Below are positions 1-10,693 of a stretch of 64,000 nt of DNA, in pieces. Made by a program: the position numbers and the translations under genes. This stretch comes from a virus. Below the pieces are notes generated by a model, which was not told the origin of the DNA, made no database searches, and saw only the letters and a list, made by a program, of their open reading frames with translations. The stretch is taken from positions 1 to 64,000 of the IMG/VR virus record IMGVR_UViG_3300042453_005121; one strand, given 5' to 3'. Every line of letters starts with the position of its first letter. The stretch's first letter is position 1.

Positions 1-2432
1 TAGAGAGGCTAGACACCACACAGATCACCGGTGCCGGTGTGGTCGTGCCCGATGCCATGCCCGACCTCAGGAGCGACTCTCTCGGCGTGGGCCAGAGCCA
101 GATCAGACTCTATGACAGCAACGACTTCATAGACCTGAGCACGGTCACCAACCGCCAGGCAAGGTACAAGGAATACGAGAGATTGAGGAGCGTCGCCGAG
201 GTAGAGATGGCGATGACCGTCATCAGCGACGAAGCCTGCATACACGGTGACACCAAGGTGGCGACATTGTTCGACGGAATGCGGACCATCAGTTGGTTGA
301 CGGAGAGGTGGAAGAAGGACCAGAGCCCGTTCCTCGTCTACTGCTGGGACTTCGAAAAGGAGGACTACACACTCGGCTGGGCCTACGACCCGAGGATCGT
401 CAAGCAGTCGGAAACCATCAAGGTACTTCTGGACGACGGTTACAGTTTCACAGTCACGCCCGACCACAGGATACTCACGAGGGACCAGGAGTGGGTCCAC
501 GCCGAGGACTTGGATGTGGGCAGCGAACTCATGCCTTTCTACAGGCTTGAGCCCAACAGGCAGATAAACAAACTCAAGACCAGACAGTTCCCGAGGATAT
601 TCACGTTCGACGGCTGGAAGCACGAGCGACAGTTCATAGAGGAATGGCGCGAAGGAAAGGCCAAGTACGAGAAGGTGAGCGAGGCCAGCAGGCTCATAGC
701 GGCCGGAGCGCCGTGCCGCGACGTCGAATCAATAATGAAACACTCCTGGAAGAGCGTTGATTCGTGGATCAAACAGGAAGGCTTCTGCACCAAGGAACTC
801 AAGTGGCTCGGCAAGAGGAAGGACCGGAGAAGAGTGGTCGGAATCATGAAGGGTCCGAAGGTCAACGTGTACGACCTCAGCGTCAAGAAGCACCAGAATT
901 TCTGCACCGACAGTGTCGTGATGCACAACTGCCAGAGGAACGAGGAAGGCAGCATATTCAAGATCAAGGCGGAGAACGAACAGATCAAGAAAGAACTTGA
1001 GTTCCTCTGCTTCAACCGGAAGATGCTCAATCTAAATCGCAAGGCATGGCAGATAGTCAAGAAGCTCTGCATCTTCGGCGACGGCTTTTACGAGTTGATC
1101 ACCGACCCCGACAATCCCAAGGAAGGCGTCCTCAAGATGCAAGAACTTCCCCCGGACAGCATGTACAAGATCGTCACCACCAAGGGCAGGGTCGTAGAAT
1201 TCCAGCAGAGCAAGGAGGGCCCGGACTACGTCGCTCTGACAAGGAGTCAGATTTCGTCGGCCACCGACGCGGAACTCATGCAGAGCACGGCGATCAGGTT
1301 CGCTCCCAGCCAAGTGATACACGTGTACCTCGGAGACGACAGAAGGACTTTCTACCCGTACGGCCAGAGCCTCATGGAGCCAGCGAGGGGACCGGCCCAT
1401 CAACTGCGTCTCATGGAAGACGCGATGCTCGTCTACAGGCTCACGAGAAGCCCGGAACGCAGGGTGTTCTACATAGACGTGGGACAACTTCCGCCATTCA
1501 AGGCGGAGGCGTTCGTGGACAGGATGAAGGACCAGTTCAGAAAGAAGAAGGTGCAGACGGGACGAGGCACCGGAGCGAACGCCGTGGACGAAAGATGGCA
1601 CGCACCCGCCGCCGACGAGGATTATTGGATTCCCATCAGGCCCAATGCGAACACTAGAATAGAAACCTTGCCGGGAGCACAAAACCTCGGAGAGATAGAC
1701 GACGCACTCTACTTCAGGAACAAACTGTTCACCGCCCTCAACTTCCCCAAAAATTACCTCGGCAACGAGGACGTCGGCGCCACGAGAATCACGCTCAGTG
1801 CCCAGGACGCGAGGTTCGCTAGGATGGTGGAAAGAATCCAGGCGAGCGTGGAGGACGCGATACTGGAAGTTTGTGAGCGGCACCTTGAGATGCGCGGATT
1901 CCCCGCCGAGGCGTACGAAGACCTCAAGATAGAAATGACGCCGCCCTCTTCGTGGAAGGAACTGAGCGAGGCCGAGGTGATGACCAACAGGATCAACGTG
2001 GTGACCACGCTCAAGAGCAGCATGCTCATGGGTGACTACGACCTGCTCACCAAGTACATGAAGATACCCGGCGACGAGGCCCAGAGGATAATCAGCAGGA
2101 ACAAGATACAGAAACTGGAGGACCTCAAGATACAGATAATCGGACAAAATCCGCAACTCCTCGGAGTCGGGACGCCAGCGGCCCAGTCCAACGAGCCGGA
2201 AATGGGAACCGAACCGGGAGGACCCGTGGCCAACCTCGAAGACCAAGGAGGAGAACCACCGCAGGAAAACACCGAGGAAGGTCCAGAAGAAAATGAAACA
2301 CCACAAGAAAAGTCTCCAGTCTCCGAACTACCAGACCCAACTGACGAGGACGTGAAGAAATATGACCTCGGAATTCAGGACTACAGCAGGACGATAGACA
2401 GCGAAGAAATAGACTGGAGCGAGGAGGGTTAG
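1..2432 (+). CDS. gp20: T4-like portal vertex protein (gp20) with intein; 5' end lies outside the window
   Basis: gp20 motifs RLMEDAMLVYRLTRSPERRVFYIDVGQLP, EDYWIP, IETLPGAQNLGEIDD and RFARMVERIQ. The frame is open from the window edge (ERLDTTQITGAG...). It lies upstream of the protease/scaffold/MCP genes. Confidence 0.95.
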   Translation, partial: ERLDTTQITGAGVVVPDAMPDLRSDSLGVGQSQIRLYDSNDFIDLSTVTNRQARYKEYERLRSVAEVEMAMTVISDEACIHGDTKVATLFDGMRTISWLTERWKKDQSPFLVYCWDFEKEDYTLGWAYDPRIVKQSETIKVLLDDGYSFTVTPDHRILTRDQEWVHAEDLDVGSELMPFYRLEPNRQINKLKTRQFPRIFTFDGWKHERQFIEEWREGKAKYEKVSEASRLIAAGAPCRDVESIMKHSWKSVDSWIKQEGFCTKELKWLGKRKDRRRVVGIMKGPKVNVYDLSVKKHQNFCTDSVVMHNCQRNEEGSIFKIKAENEQIKKELEFLCFNRKMLNLNRKAWQIVKKLCIFGDGFYELITDPDNPKEGVLKMQELPPDSMYKIVTTKGRVVEFQQSKEGPDYVALTRSQISSATDAELMQSTAIRFAPSQVIHVYLGDDRRTFYPYGQSLMEPARGPAHQLRLMEDAMLVYRLTRSPERRVFYIDVGQLPPFKAEAFVDRMKDQFRKKKVQTGRGTGANAVDERWHAPAADEDYWIPIRPNANTRIETLPGAQNLGEIDDALYFRNKLFTALNFPKNYLGNEDVGATRITLSAQDARFARMVERIQASVEDAILEVCERHLEMRGFPAEAYEDLKIEMTPPSSWKELSEAEVMTNRINVVTTLKSSMLMGDYDLLTKYMKIPGDEAQRIISRNKIQKLEDLKIQIIGQNPQLLGVGTPAAQSNEPEMGTEPGGPVANLEDQGGEPPQENTEEGPEENETPQEKSPVSELPDPTDEDVKKYDLGIQDYSRTIDSEEIDWSEEG
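237..929 (+). mobile_element. Intein (231 aa, no recognisable intact homing endonuclease) in the portal protein
   Basis: Starts CIHGDTKV (block A); block B VTPDHRIL; ends VYDLSVKKHQNF...VMHN followed by Cys +1. Removing it joins SDEA to CQRNE. Confidence 0.92.
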
Positions 2433-3196
2433 TGGACGAGTTCAAATTGAAGAACGACATCCATGAGATAAGAAGCTACATAGCATCTGAATGGCCCGGA
2501 ATAGAGGAAAGAAAGCACCTCTACATGAGATTGACTCGCCTGGAAAAGATGCTTAAGGAGGCAAATAAGACGATGGACCTCAATAAGATATTTGAACTGT
2601 ACCCCGGTAAGACAGAGCTGTTTTACAAATGGAGCATTAAACAAGAAGACGCCCAAGTTCTTTTTGATGTGACCAAAGAATTAAATCCAAAAAAAATCGC
2701 AGTCATAGGAGTCTTCAAAGGAGTCTCCTCGCATGTGATAATACAGGCATTGGATTCATTTGACACAATGTACAACATAGATCCTTTTTTTGATGGCTAT
2801 ATCGCTGGGGACAACTATGAACTGTGCTATAGGGACTCAATCAAAGATGTCGCCAAGGGTAAAATTGTAACCTTGAAGGGGTATGCTTCCACAAAAGGGC
2901 CAGAAACCATCACTTTCGCCAATGAAGTGAAGGATGTTCCCGAACACATGATAAGCAACATTTCATGTGATTTAGATTTGTGCTTCATAGATGGAGACCA
3001 TAATTATCCCGTTTGCCTGCATGATTTTCAAGAAGTTTGGCCAAAGATGAGAAAGGGCGGGAAAGTGGTTCTGCATGATACGATTTCTTGGAAACACACG
3101 ATTGATAAATTGCTGGATTACATAAGGAATCTTCCGGATGCAAGTCTTGAATTGCATCCCGGGATAGATGGAGTCGGGGTAGTGACCAAAAAATGA
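2432..3196 (+). CDS. Class I SAM-dependent methyltransferase (Methyltransf_24-like)
   Basis: Motifs IGVFKGVSS, IDPF, DLCFIDGDHNY and GGKVVLHD. Confidence 0.8.
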   Translation: MDEFKLKNDIHEIRSYIASEWPGIEERKHLYMRLTRLEKMLKEANKTMDLNKIFELYPGKTELFYKWSIKQEDAQVLFDVTKELNPKKIAVIGVFKGVSSHVIIQALDSFDTMYNIDPFFDGYIAGDNYELCYRDSIKDVAKGKIVTLKGYASTKGPETITFANEVKDVPEHMISNISCDLDLCFIDGDHNYPVCLHDFQEVWPKMRKGGKVVLHDTISWKHTIDKLLDYIRNLPDASLELHPGIDGVGVVTKK

Positions 3197-3645
3197 ATCT
3201 TTTTGAATGGCTGCTTGGGCTACTTAGACCAACCAAGAAGCCACAACAAGCTCCAAGACAAAAAGTCATCATCTACACCGACACCTTCTTCAGAGGATCT
3301 CTGGTCGGCGAAGAAGTCAAAGGAAGAAACCCGAATGCAACTTTCAGGACACAGGAACTGACCGCGTGGGAACACAGCAAATCCATAAAAGACAATCGCG
3401 TGATGAAGTGGGTTGACGAGGTCCTGATTCCTGAATTGAATAAAAAAGGAACGCTCAAGCCGCTGGTCGTGTGGAAGAACGAGCGGAACGGAAAGAACTA
3501 CGTCATAGACGGACACCACAGGCTGATCGCGTACAAGAAGGCCGGATGGAACAAAGAAATTCCGGCAGTGGTGGTCAACAAGGATGAAATAATAATGACG
3601 GACTGGACCCCGGGGAGCGGGAGGCCCCATCCTTTTTCATCCTAA
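3193..3645 (+). CDS. ParB/Sulfiredoxin N-terminal domain protein
   Basis: PLVV...YVIDGHHRLIAY...IPAVV. Confidence 0.8.
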   Translation: MNLFEWLLGLLRPTKKPQQAPRQKVIIYTDTFFRGSLVGEEVKGRNPNATFRTQELTAWEHSKSIKDNRVMKWVDEVLIPELNKKGTLKPLVVWKNERNGKNYVIDGHHRLIAYKKAGWNKEIPAVVVNKDEIIMTDWTPGSGRPHPFSS

Positions 3646-3661
3646 TTTAGATATATAAGAC

Positions 3662-4474
3662 ATGCTCCGCTTCAAGGAATGGCTCATCAGTGAGGCCGCC
3701 ATAGGGCCCCAGAACATACAATACGACGCCCAAGGAAGACCCAACTTCAGGATTTACATCCAGAACGAAGGCCAGATCATCGGACTTGAAACACTTCAGG
3801 GTTCAAACTACAAGTACGCAGGCGACATGGTGAGCGACGACTTCGGGGACTCCGCACTCCTCAAGGGCTACAAACTCTACAACTGGCACGCCGACCTGCC
3901 GTCGGGAGCAGGGTACGGCCCTATGTTCTACGATATAGCCTTGGAGATCGCCACGAAGAACGGAGGTTACCTTGCCCCGTCCACGCTGCTGAATAGATTC
4001 AAGAACATATCTACGGCAAAGGACAATAAGGGCACTCTCGGGGGAGACGCAACGGACGCGGCAGAGGGCATCTACAAGTTTCTATACCAAAGACGAAGCG
4101 ACGTTGAGAAGATACAGCCCAACATCGTGCTCCAGAACGAACCCGATCAGGCCGCAAAGCCATGGATGTACGAACTGTACAGGAAGAGTCCGACGGTCCT
4201 GCCGAGGCTCATAGATATGAACGGAAAGGGGCAGCCGGTCCTTGTGTCGGGAACGGGCGTCAATGCTCAACCCATATCTGACATGAACTTCGGAACCTCA
4301 CAGGCCAAACCTCAAATCCAACAAACTCAGCCAGCACAGAGCCAGCAGTTCAAAGGCTTCCAACTCGGCGACCAGAGGACGTGGCAACAGAAACAACAAT
4401 ATCTTAATTCCATCGGAATAGACACGACAGGTTGGCAGAGACAGGAGATAATGAGAGGAGTCAAGACGGCCTGA
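3662..4474 (+). CDS. Hypothetical, possible GNAT-like protein with CTS-like N-terminus
   Basis: N-terminus MLRFKEWLISE; GAGYGPMFYDIALE resembles a GNAT acetyl-CoA-binding motif. Confidence 0.5.
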   Translation: MLRFKEWLISEAAIGPQNIQYDAQGRPNFRIYIQNEGQIIGLETLQGSNYKYAGDMVSDDFGDSALLKGYKLYNWHADLPSGAGYGPMFYDIALEIATKNGGYLAPSTLLNRFKNISTAKDNKGTLGGDATDAAEGIYKFLYQRRSDVEKIQPNIVLQNEPDQAAKPWMYELYRKSPTVLPRLIDMNGKGQPVLVSGTGVNAQPISDMNFGTSQAKPQIQQTQPAQSQQFKGFQLGDQRTWQQKQQYLNSIGIDTTGWQRQEIMRGVKTA

Positions 4475-5599
4475 TTAGAATCCGACCCTCTTCTTGTCCT
4501 CTTCCTTTTCGTGGAAGTTGTCCTCTGGATTGTATATCTCAGCCAAAGTCATCGGCTCTTCCGTGCGTCTGTCGGATCCGATGTCCTCTAATATCAGGTT
4601 GCAGTCTTCGGCGGGAAGGGCCTTGAAATGATGCTCAAGGAGCAACCTTCCCTTCCTCACCAGAGCTGGGTCAATGTTTTCCCTGTCTATGTTGAAAGTG
4701 GCTATCACCATTATGTTCAGACAGTCGCCGAGGATGCCGTCCGTTATGTTCAATATGTTGCTTATTGCCTCGTTGTCCTGAGTTGACCTGCTCCGCAAAA
4801 CCTTCTCGGCGTCCTCCAGAAGCAATATTGAATTCCTGTGCCTCATGATGAAACTGAGGAAATCGGGATTGGTCAACTGCTCGGCCGCACCGCTCGATAT
4901 GTAAATGACCTTCCTGTCGGTCTTGGTCGTGAGATACTTGATGAAGGTGCTCTTGCCGGTGCCCGGATCGCCCGACAAAAGGACCAAGCCGTTCTTGTTT
5001 TTGCCGAGATGCTCAACGATCCGATCAAATTTACCGGAAGCCTCGCTTCCGTAGTTCATATTTACGTCTATGTCCTCGCTCGGAAGCTTTATGTCAAACC
5101 TCTGAAGGCTCAGCATGCCGTCCATGCTGCACAATAGATAAATGTTGCCCTTCTTCTTGTTGTCGGTGTCCCTGTCCACGCACGATTTCAGTTTTTCGAG
5201 CGTCTCGGGACGCTGGTAGGCGATCCTGCACCTGTAGTAGAGGTCCTCGTTGTCCTGGGATTCCTCTTCCTCGTCTTCCTCGTCGCGGACGTATTCCAGC
5301 CTGCTCAGGAGACTCTCCCTCCTGAAAAGGTGGACCAAGGCGTCTTCAAATTCATAACAGGCCTCGGTGCCCTCAACTGTCAATTTATTCAAAATCAACC
5401 GCTCGGAATTGCACTCAAAAGTCCTTTTGGCACCAATTTTGTCCAGATTTTCAAGGGTGGAATTCTTGACGGGGACCGAAAATTCATAGACGTTCGGCTG
5501 GACCTCAAATTTCTCCACGTAGTAGTACAAGAAATTGAAATAAGAGCCGTAATCGTTGGAATGGGTCTTTTTTCCGTACGGATTGAATGAAGTTCTCAT
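4475..5599 (-). CDS. AAA+ ATPase
   Basis: Walker A GDPGTGKS, Walker B LLLEDAE, SRH ATFN...IDPALVRKGR. Confidence 0.9.
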   Translation of the reverse strand: MRTSFNPYGKKTHSNDYGSYFNFLYYYVEKFEVQPNVYEFSVPVKNSTLENLDKIGAKRTFECNSERLILNKLTVEGTEACYEFEDALVHLFRRESLLSRLEYVRDEEDEEEESQDNEDLYYRCRIAYQRPETLEKLKSCVDRDTDNKKKGNIYLLCSMDGMLSLQRFDIKLPSEDIDVNMNYGSEASGKFDRIVEHLGKNKNGLVLLSGDPGTGKSTFIKYLTTKTDRKVIYISSGAAEQLTNPDFLSFIMRHRNSILLLEDAEKVLRSRSTQDNEAISNILNITDGILGDCLNIMVIATFNIDRENIDPALVRKGRLLLEHHFKALPAEDCNLILEDIGSDRRTEEPMTLAEIYNPEDNFHEKEEDKKRVGF

Positions 5600-5788
5600 G
5601 CCTTGATTATATTAAATCCGATCAAAACGGCAAGGGCACAATCCAAATTTGGGTTGATAAGCATACTATACAGTTGGCGTCGCGTTCCATGCGGGCACGG
5701 GACTGCGAAAAAGAGGCCAGCGGGACTATATAGTTCCTACTTACCGGTATTGAGAAGGGCCGAAAACGAACTAGGAGTATAAATCAGT

Positions 5789-7585
5789 ATGAAAAGAAAA
5801 CTCATTGAATTTGACGCGTTCCAAAAACTGAAGACGGAATCGCTCACGAACACGCAGCAGGAACTGGCGGCCGCAGCCCCACTGCTTGCTAGGGCACTTG
5901 AAATTGAGGATTTGACCCTTGAGTCCTTCGGTCCCGAAGAGGCCCTTTTTGAGTCGGTGGACGGCGAGTTCGTCCACGCCAAGTACAGCATGAACAACGG
6001 CTACGTGCAGTTTGACAACGTAGAACAGCTCGTTCTCAGCGAGGAAACCGAAGTCGCCAAGACAAAGGACGTCATCTCCAAGATGATCGACAGACTCATC
6101 GAGAGCGACGAGAAGGGCGCCGAAGAGATGTTCTCAGAGTGGCTCGACCTCCCCCGCACCCGCAGGATTTTCAACGAGGTCAAGAAGCTCCGCGTGGTTC
6201 CGATCCGCAAGAAGGTCGGCGGAAAGACCAAAATCGTCGGATACAGGAAGGCCCGCTGGAACGCCACCCCGCACTCGCACGAGAGTTCGGGCAAGACCGC
6301 CCGCCGCATGCGTGGCAAGAAGATCGCCCAGAGGAAGATGCCCATGGGACTCAAGAAGTTCCTCGCCGCCAAGCGCGACAGGGTCAAGAAGACCATCGGC
6401 GAATGGCACGTTATAGCGGAGAACGTCCTCGGATACGTGGACCTCGCCGAGAACGGCCCGGCCCTCGACAGGTGCCAGGTCCTGCGCAACGAGGAAAACG
6501 TCGTCGGCGTCAGGGTCCCGACCATGAAACTCCGCAACGAGGCCAAGCTCCTCAAGTTCAACTGGAAGACCTTGAACACCGACGTGGTGGTCAAGAGGAA
6601 CGGCGGCAAGAAGATCAACGAGAATGCCGATTTCGTCAAGGAAATCGCCGACCTCAGGAAGTTCAACGCCGTCTCGGACGCGAAGGCCGTGGAAGAGTCG
6701 ATCGAAAAGATCGCCACGAATTTCCCCGGAGCCATCTACCTCACCGAGAGCGAACTCGCCCTCCAGATCAAGATGAGCCTCGAGTCCGTCAACGCGTCGA
6801 ACTACGACGACGAGACGTGCCGCTTCCTCGCGGAAGGCATCCTCAGGACCATCCACGAAAACTTCGTCGACCGCGTCGCGAAGATCGTGAAGCTCGCAGG
6901 AGCCGAGATCAACGAGAACGCAGCCGACAAGTACGCTGAATTCAAGAACGTCACCGAAGGCTTTTATGCCAAGGTCGACGAGTCCGCCGCCCACGAGATG
7001 CAGGCATACGTGGACGTGTACGAGGCCCTCAGGCAGGTTCACGAACTCGCCAAGGAAGAGACCAACCAGGAAGTCGCCCTTGAAACAGCGGCCCACCTGG
7101 ACGCCCTCCTGCCCATCGTCTCCGGAAAAGAAGACATGGACACCGAGGTGCTCGGAGAAGCCGCCGAATGGCTCTACGACATCGTGGAGAACACCATGGG
7201 CGACGAGTGGAACGTGAGTGAGCCGGTCGTCAGCGACAACGGTGATCACCCCGAGGTCGTGAAGAAGGGGAAGCAGACCCCATACGACTCGGAGAAGCCA
7301 GGCCATACGCCCGAGGCTCACCACACGAGCGACGGAAAGGACTACAAGGGAGACGCGGCGAAGGAACTCGCCGGAGACGGATGGAGCAATCTCGGCGGCG
7401 AGGGAGTGTATCCCAGCATCGAGAACCCCTACGTCCCAAGCGCAGAAGTGCCAAAGATCGTTGGAGAGAAGGACGTTGACAGCGACTCGGACCAGCTCGC
7501 CCAGTGGGGCAGCACCGACACCTGGCCCAGCCTCCAGAACCCCTACTCAAAGGCCTCGGTGACGCCCGACTCGGTCAAGGAATAA
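5789..7585 (+). CDS. Putative prohead core/scaffold-associated protein with a gp68-like basic segment
   Basis: First gene of the head operon, directly upstream of gp21. Acidic overall, with a central K/R-rich segment and several (L/I)xE sites. Confidence 0.55.
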   Translation: MKRKLIEFDAFQKLKTESLTNTQQELAAAAPLLARALEIEDLTLESFGPEEALFESVDGEFVHAKYSMNNGYVQFDNVEQLVLSEETEVAKTKDVISKMIDRLIESDEKGAEEMFSEWLDLPRTRRIFNEVKKLRVVPIRKKVGGKTKIVGYRKARWNATPHSHESSGKTARRMRGKKIAQRKMPMGLKKFLAAKRDRVKKTIGEWHVIAENVLGYVDLAENGPALDRCQVLRNEENVVGVRVPTMKLRNEAKLLKFNWKTLNTDVVVKRNGGKKINENADFVKEIADLRKFNAVSDAKAVEESIEKIATNFPGAIYLTESELALQIKMSLESVNASNYDDETCRFLAEGILRTIHENFVDRVAKIVKLAGAEINENAADKYAEFKNVTEGFYAKVDESAAHEMQAYVDVYEALRQVHELAKEETNQEVALETAAHLDALLPIVSGKEDMDTEVLGEAAEWLYDIVENTMGDEWNVSEPVVSDNGDHPEVVKKGKQTPYDSEKPGHTPEAHHTSDGKDYKGDAAKELAGDGWSNLGGEGVYPSIENPYVPSAEVPKIVGEKDVDSDSDQLAQWGSTDTWPSLQNPYSKASVTPDSVKE

Positions 7586-7595
7586 GGAGGAACCG

Positions 7596-8309
7596 ATGAA
7601 TCTACTTTTGGAGCACGACCACACTCCAGGGACGCTGTATGAGAACAGACTCATATTCGGAGACGGCTGCTGCGCAGTCCTCAACGAAATGGACCTGCAC
7701 GAGGCCGCCGGAAGCGCCGGACTCGTCAAGTTCAGAGGCAAGTTCCAGGAGGCCGACGCCATCAACAAGAACAAAAGGACTTACCCCTTCGGCGTACTTG
7801 ACGACAACGTCAAGTCGCTGAGCGAGAGCATCAAGAACGGAGGGCTCATCGGAGAACTAGACCACCCCACCGACAGCATAGTCCATTTCGCCAACGCCAG
7901 CCACAAGATCACAAAGCTGTGGTGGGAGGGAAAGACCCTCATGGGCGAAGGTGTCATACTGAACACACCCCACGGAAAGATTCTCAAGGCGCTCATCAAC
8001 GACGGTGTGCGCGTGGGGATCAGCAGCCGCGGAGTGGGTAACGGAAAGGTGAACGAACAAGGAATCCTCGTCATCGGAGAAAGCTACAAGCTCATAACCT
8101 TTGACGCGGTCGCCGACCCGAGCACCAGCCAAGCCTTCCAGGAGAAAGTGGTCTCCAAGGAAAGCACAATCCCCGTGTCAATCCCGACGGAAGAGCACAG
8201 GGCAGTAAAAAATGAAGCCAGCGGCATACATACCCTAAGCAAGGAACTTGTTATCGCCGCCATAGGCGGAATTGTCCAGAAACAAGCCAAAGAAATAAAG
8301 AGAGGTTGA
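7596..8309 (+). CDS. gp21: Prohead protease (T4 gp21-like)
   Basis: Motifs NKNKRTYP, GELDHP, ASHKI, TPHG, GISSRGVG and FDAVADPS. Confidence 0.95.
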   Translation: MNLLLEHDHTPGTLYENRLIFGDGCCAVLNEMDLHEAAGSAGLVKFRGKFQEADAINKNKRTYPFGVLDDNVKSLSESIKNGGLIGELDHPTDSIVHFANASHKITKLWWEGKTLMGEGVILNTPHGKILKALINDGVRVGISSRGVGNGKVNEQGILVIGESYKLITFDAVADPSTSQAFQEKVVSKESTIPVSIPTEEHRAVKNEASGIHTLSKELVIAAIGGIVQKQAKEIKRG

Positions 8310-8313
8310 ACTA

Positions 8314-9228
8314 ATGGAAAAAATTGTTGAGGCCCTTACCAAGTTGCTGCCCGAGGACGCCGTCGCCGAAGTGACGGAGGCCGTCAAGACCGAACTCGAG
8401 GGAGCAAAGCAGGCTTACGAGACCGAGTACTCCTCGAAACTTGAGGAAGCCTACGCCGAACTCTCCGAGGAGCTCAAGAGCGCCGAAGAGACCGCCATCC
8501 AGGGCTACAAGGAGGCCTACGCAATAATCCAAGACCTCCGTGCCCGACTCGAGACCCAGCAGAAGGAATTCGACGTCAGCCTCGAAGAAGGCTACGAAGA
8601 AGCCTACCAGATGCTCCTCGCCGAAAAAGGCAAGAACGAAAACCTCGAGGTCGAGATGTACGAGCAGTTCAACACCAAGCTACAGGAAATGAAGGAATAC
8701 ATGATCGACAAGGTCGACGCCTTCCTCCAGTACAAGGGCTCGGAAATCTACGAGACGGCCAAGAAGGACATCAGCAATGATCCCAGAACCGCCGAACACA
8801 AGGTCGCCCTAGACAAGATCGTCGAGTGCGTGGCCGATTACGTCGACGCCGACGCGTTCAACGCTGCCGCCGAGACCAAGGTCGAAGAGACCAACCGCAA
8901 GATCGAGGAACTCAAGAGCCAGACGAAAATCCTGGAGGCCAGGAACATCAGGCTGAGCGCCGAGAATACCAAACTCACCGAGGCAGTCCGCGAAACCCAG
9001 AAGGTCATCACGGAAAGCGCCAAGGTCGAGAAGAAAGAAAGAACTGAAAAGGCCAAGAATGTGCAGGGGAGAGGACGTGCCGTCAACGATTCGGAAATTG
9101 TCGCCGAATGGAATGGCAACAAGGCCGAAGAAAAGAAGACAAACGTTGACACCACTTTGGTCGAGGCTCTCGATCCTGACCTGCTTCGTCAAATGCAGGT
9201 CCTAGCCGGAACGAAGAACAACGACTGA
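8314..9228 (+). CDS. gp22: Prohead scaffold protein (T4 gp22-like)
   Basis: Acidic coiled-coil protein between the protease and MCP genes; contains KVDAFLQY. Confidence 0.75.
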   Translation: MEKIVEALTKLLPEDAVAEVTEAVKTELEGAKQAYETEYSSKLEEAYAELSEELKSAEETAIQGYKEAYAIIQDLRARLETQQKEFDVSLEEGYEEAYQMLLAEKGKNENLEVEMYEQFNTKLQEMKEYMIDKVDAFLQYKGSEIYETAKKDISNDPRTAEHKVALDKIVECVADYVDADAFNAAAETKVEETNRKIEELKSQTKILEARNIRLSAENTKLTEAVRETQKVITESAKVEKKERTEKAKNVQGRGRAVNDSEIVAEWNGNKAEEKKTNVDTTLVEALDPDLLRQMQVLAGTKNND

Positions 9229-9265
9229 TTTTACCATTTCTAGTTAAACCAAGGAGAATAACCAA

Positions 9266-10693
9266 ATGCAAGCTAATGCCAAGTTTCTAAACGAGGCGAG
9301 GGAGCTGGAATCTCGTTGGGCGCAGACAGGTTTGCTAGAGAACATCAATGACAAGTACACACGTTCTTGCACTGCCGTTCTCCTCGAAAACCAGCGCCTG
9401 ATCAACGAGTCCTCGACCGACTCGGGCGACGTCGCCCAGTTCAAGAGAATCTCGATCCCGCTCGTTCGTCGTATCTATCCGCAACTGATCGCCAACAAGG
9501 TCGTTTCGGTCCAGCCGTTGCTCGGCCCGACCGGCCTCGTGTACTACCTCCGCTTCCGCTACGGTAGCAACAAGGGTTCGGTCCGCGGCGCCACCAAGAG
9601 TGGCTTCCCCACCGACGACGCCAACTCGCTCCAGCAGCTCGCCAGCGGCGACGCCAACCTGAGCGTGTACTACTCGCACCAGTTCGTTGAGAACGAGTCG
9701 AGTGCAGTCGACGTCGGCGGCACCAGCACCAGCCACACGCTGGAGCACACCCCGGTCCTCGCAGGTACCGTCACCGGTACGGTGTATGACGGAACCGTCG
9801 CCGTCCAGACCTTCGTGGTCTCGGAGAGCGGCTCGTTCACGTTCACCGACATCGGCACCCCCTCGCCCAAGGTCACCAGCGCCACGCTGAACCTGACCAC
9901 CGGCGAGATGGCGTTCACCTGGAACAGCGACCCGGGTGCAAACAAAGTTGTCGTCTCATATGAGTACAACATGGAGTGCAACCAGGACCTCCCCGAAATC
10001 AACCTCGTCGTTGAGTCGGAAGAGATCGCTGCCAAGACCCGCAAGCTGAAGGCCGTCTGGAGCTACGAAGCCCAGCAGGACCTCCGCTCGCAGCACAACC
10101 TCGACGCCGAGGCTGAGCTCACCGCCGTCCTGGCACAGGAGATCAACCTCGAGATCGACCGTGAGGTTCTCTCGGACCTGCGTAACAACGCCGGCACCGT
10201 GGCCTCGTGGGACTTCAACACCGCCCTTGGTGACACCATCAAGGAAAAGTATGAGTCCCTCTACGTCAAGGTCGTCGAGGTCAGCAACGTGGTGCATCGC
10301 AAGACGCTCCGCGGCGGCTGCAACTGGCTCGTGACCAGCCCCGAAGTCGCCTCAATCTTCGAGACGGCCACCGCTGGTTTCGCTCCGGCTCCGTCGGAAG
10401 GCTTCACCTCGTCGCTCGGCATCCAGTATGTCGGCACGGTGAACAACCGCTGGAGGCTCTACAAGGATCCGCTGTTCCCCACGGGACAGATCCTCATGGG
10501 CTATAAGGGCGACTCGTACATGGACAGTGGTTACTTCTACTGCCCGTACGTGCCACTCACCCAGACGCCAGTCGTGCTCGATCCCGAGTCCTTCTGCCCT
10601 CGTAAGGGAATACTCACGAGGTATGGGAAGAAGCTGCTAAGAGAGGGCGCGAAATTCTACGCCAGACTCAGCATAGCAAATTTTGTGATATAG
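9266..10693 (+). CDS. gp23: Major capsid protein (T4 gp23-like)
   Basis: Motifs LLENQ, PLVRR.P.LIA, VQPLLGPTGLV, AKTRKLKA.WSYEAQQDL, EINLEIDRE, GYFYCPYVPL and TRYG. Confidence 0.97.
   Translation: MQANAKFLNEARELESRWAQTGLLENINDKYTRSCTAVLLENQRLINESSTDSGDVAQFKRISIPLVRRIYPQLIANKVVSVQPLLGPTGLVYYLRFRYGSNKGSVRGATKSGFPTDDANSLQQLASGDANLSVYYSHQFVENESSAVDVGGTSTSHTLEHTPVLAGTVTGTVYDGTVAVQTFVVSESGSFTFTDIGTPSPKVTSATLNLTTGEMAFTWNSDPGANKVVVSYEYNMECNQDLPEINLVVESEEIAAKTRKLKAVWSYEAQQDLRSQHNLDAEAELTAVLAQEINLEIDREVLSDLRNNAGTVASWDFNTALGDTIKEKYESLYVKVVEVSNVVHRKTLRGGCNWLVTSPEVASIFETATAGFAPAPSEGFTSSLGIQYVGTVNNRWRLYKDPLFPTGQILMGYKGDSYMDSGYFYCPYVPLTQTPVVLDPESFCPRKGILTRYGKKLLREGAKFYARLSIANFVI

Noticed and set aside
1032-10446. 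Long antisense and alternative-frame ORFs over the portal, core and capsid genes (e.g. 1032-2306, 6134-7324)
   Set aside because: They are shadows of the strong GC3 codon bias of the real genes and show no motifs or start signals.
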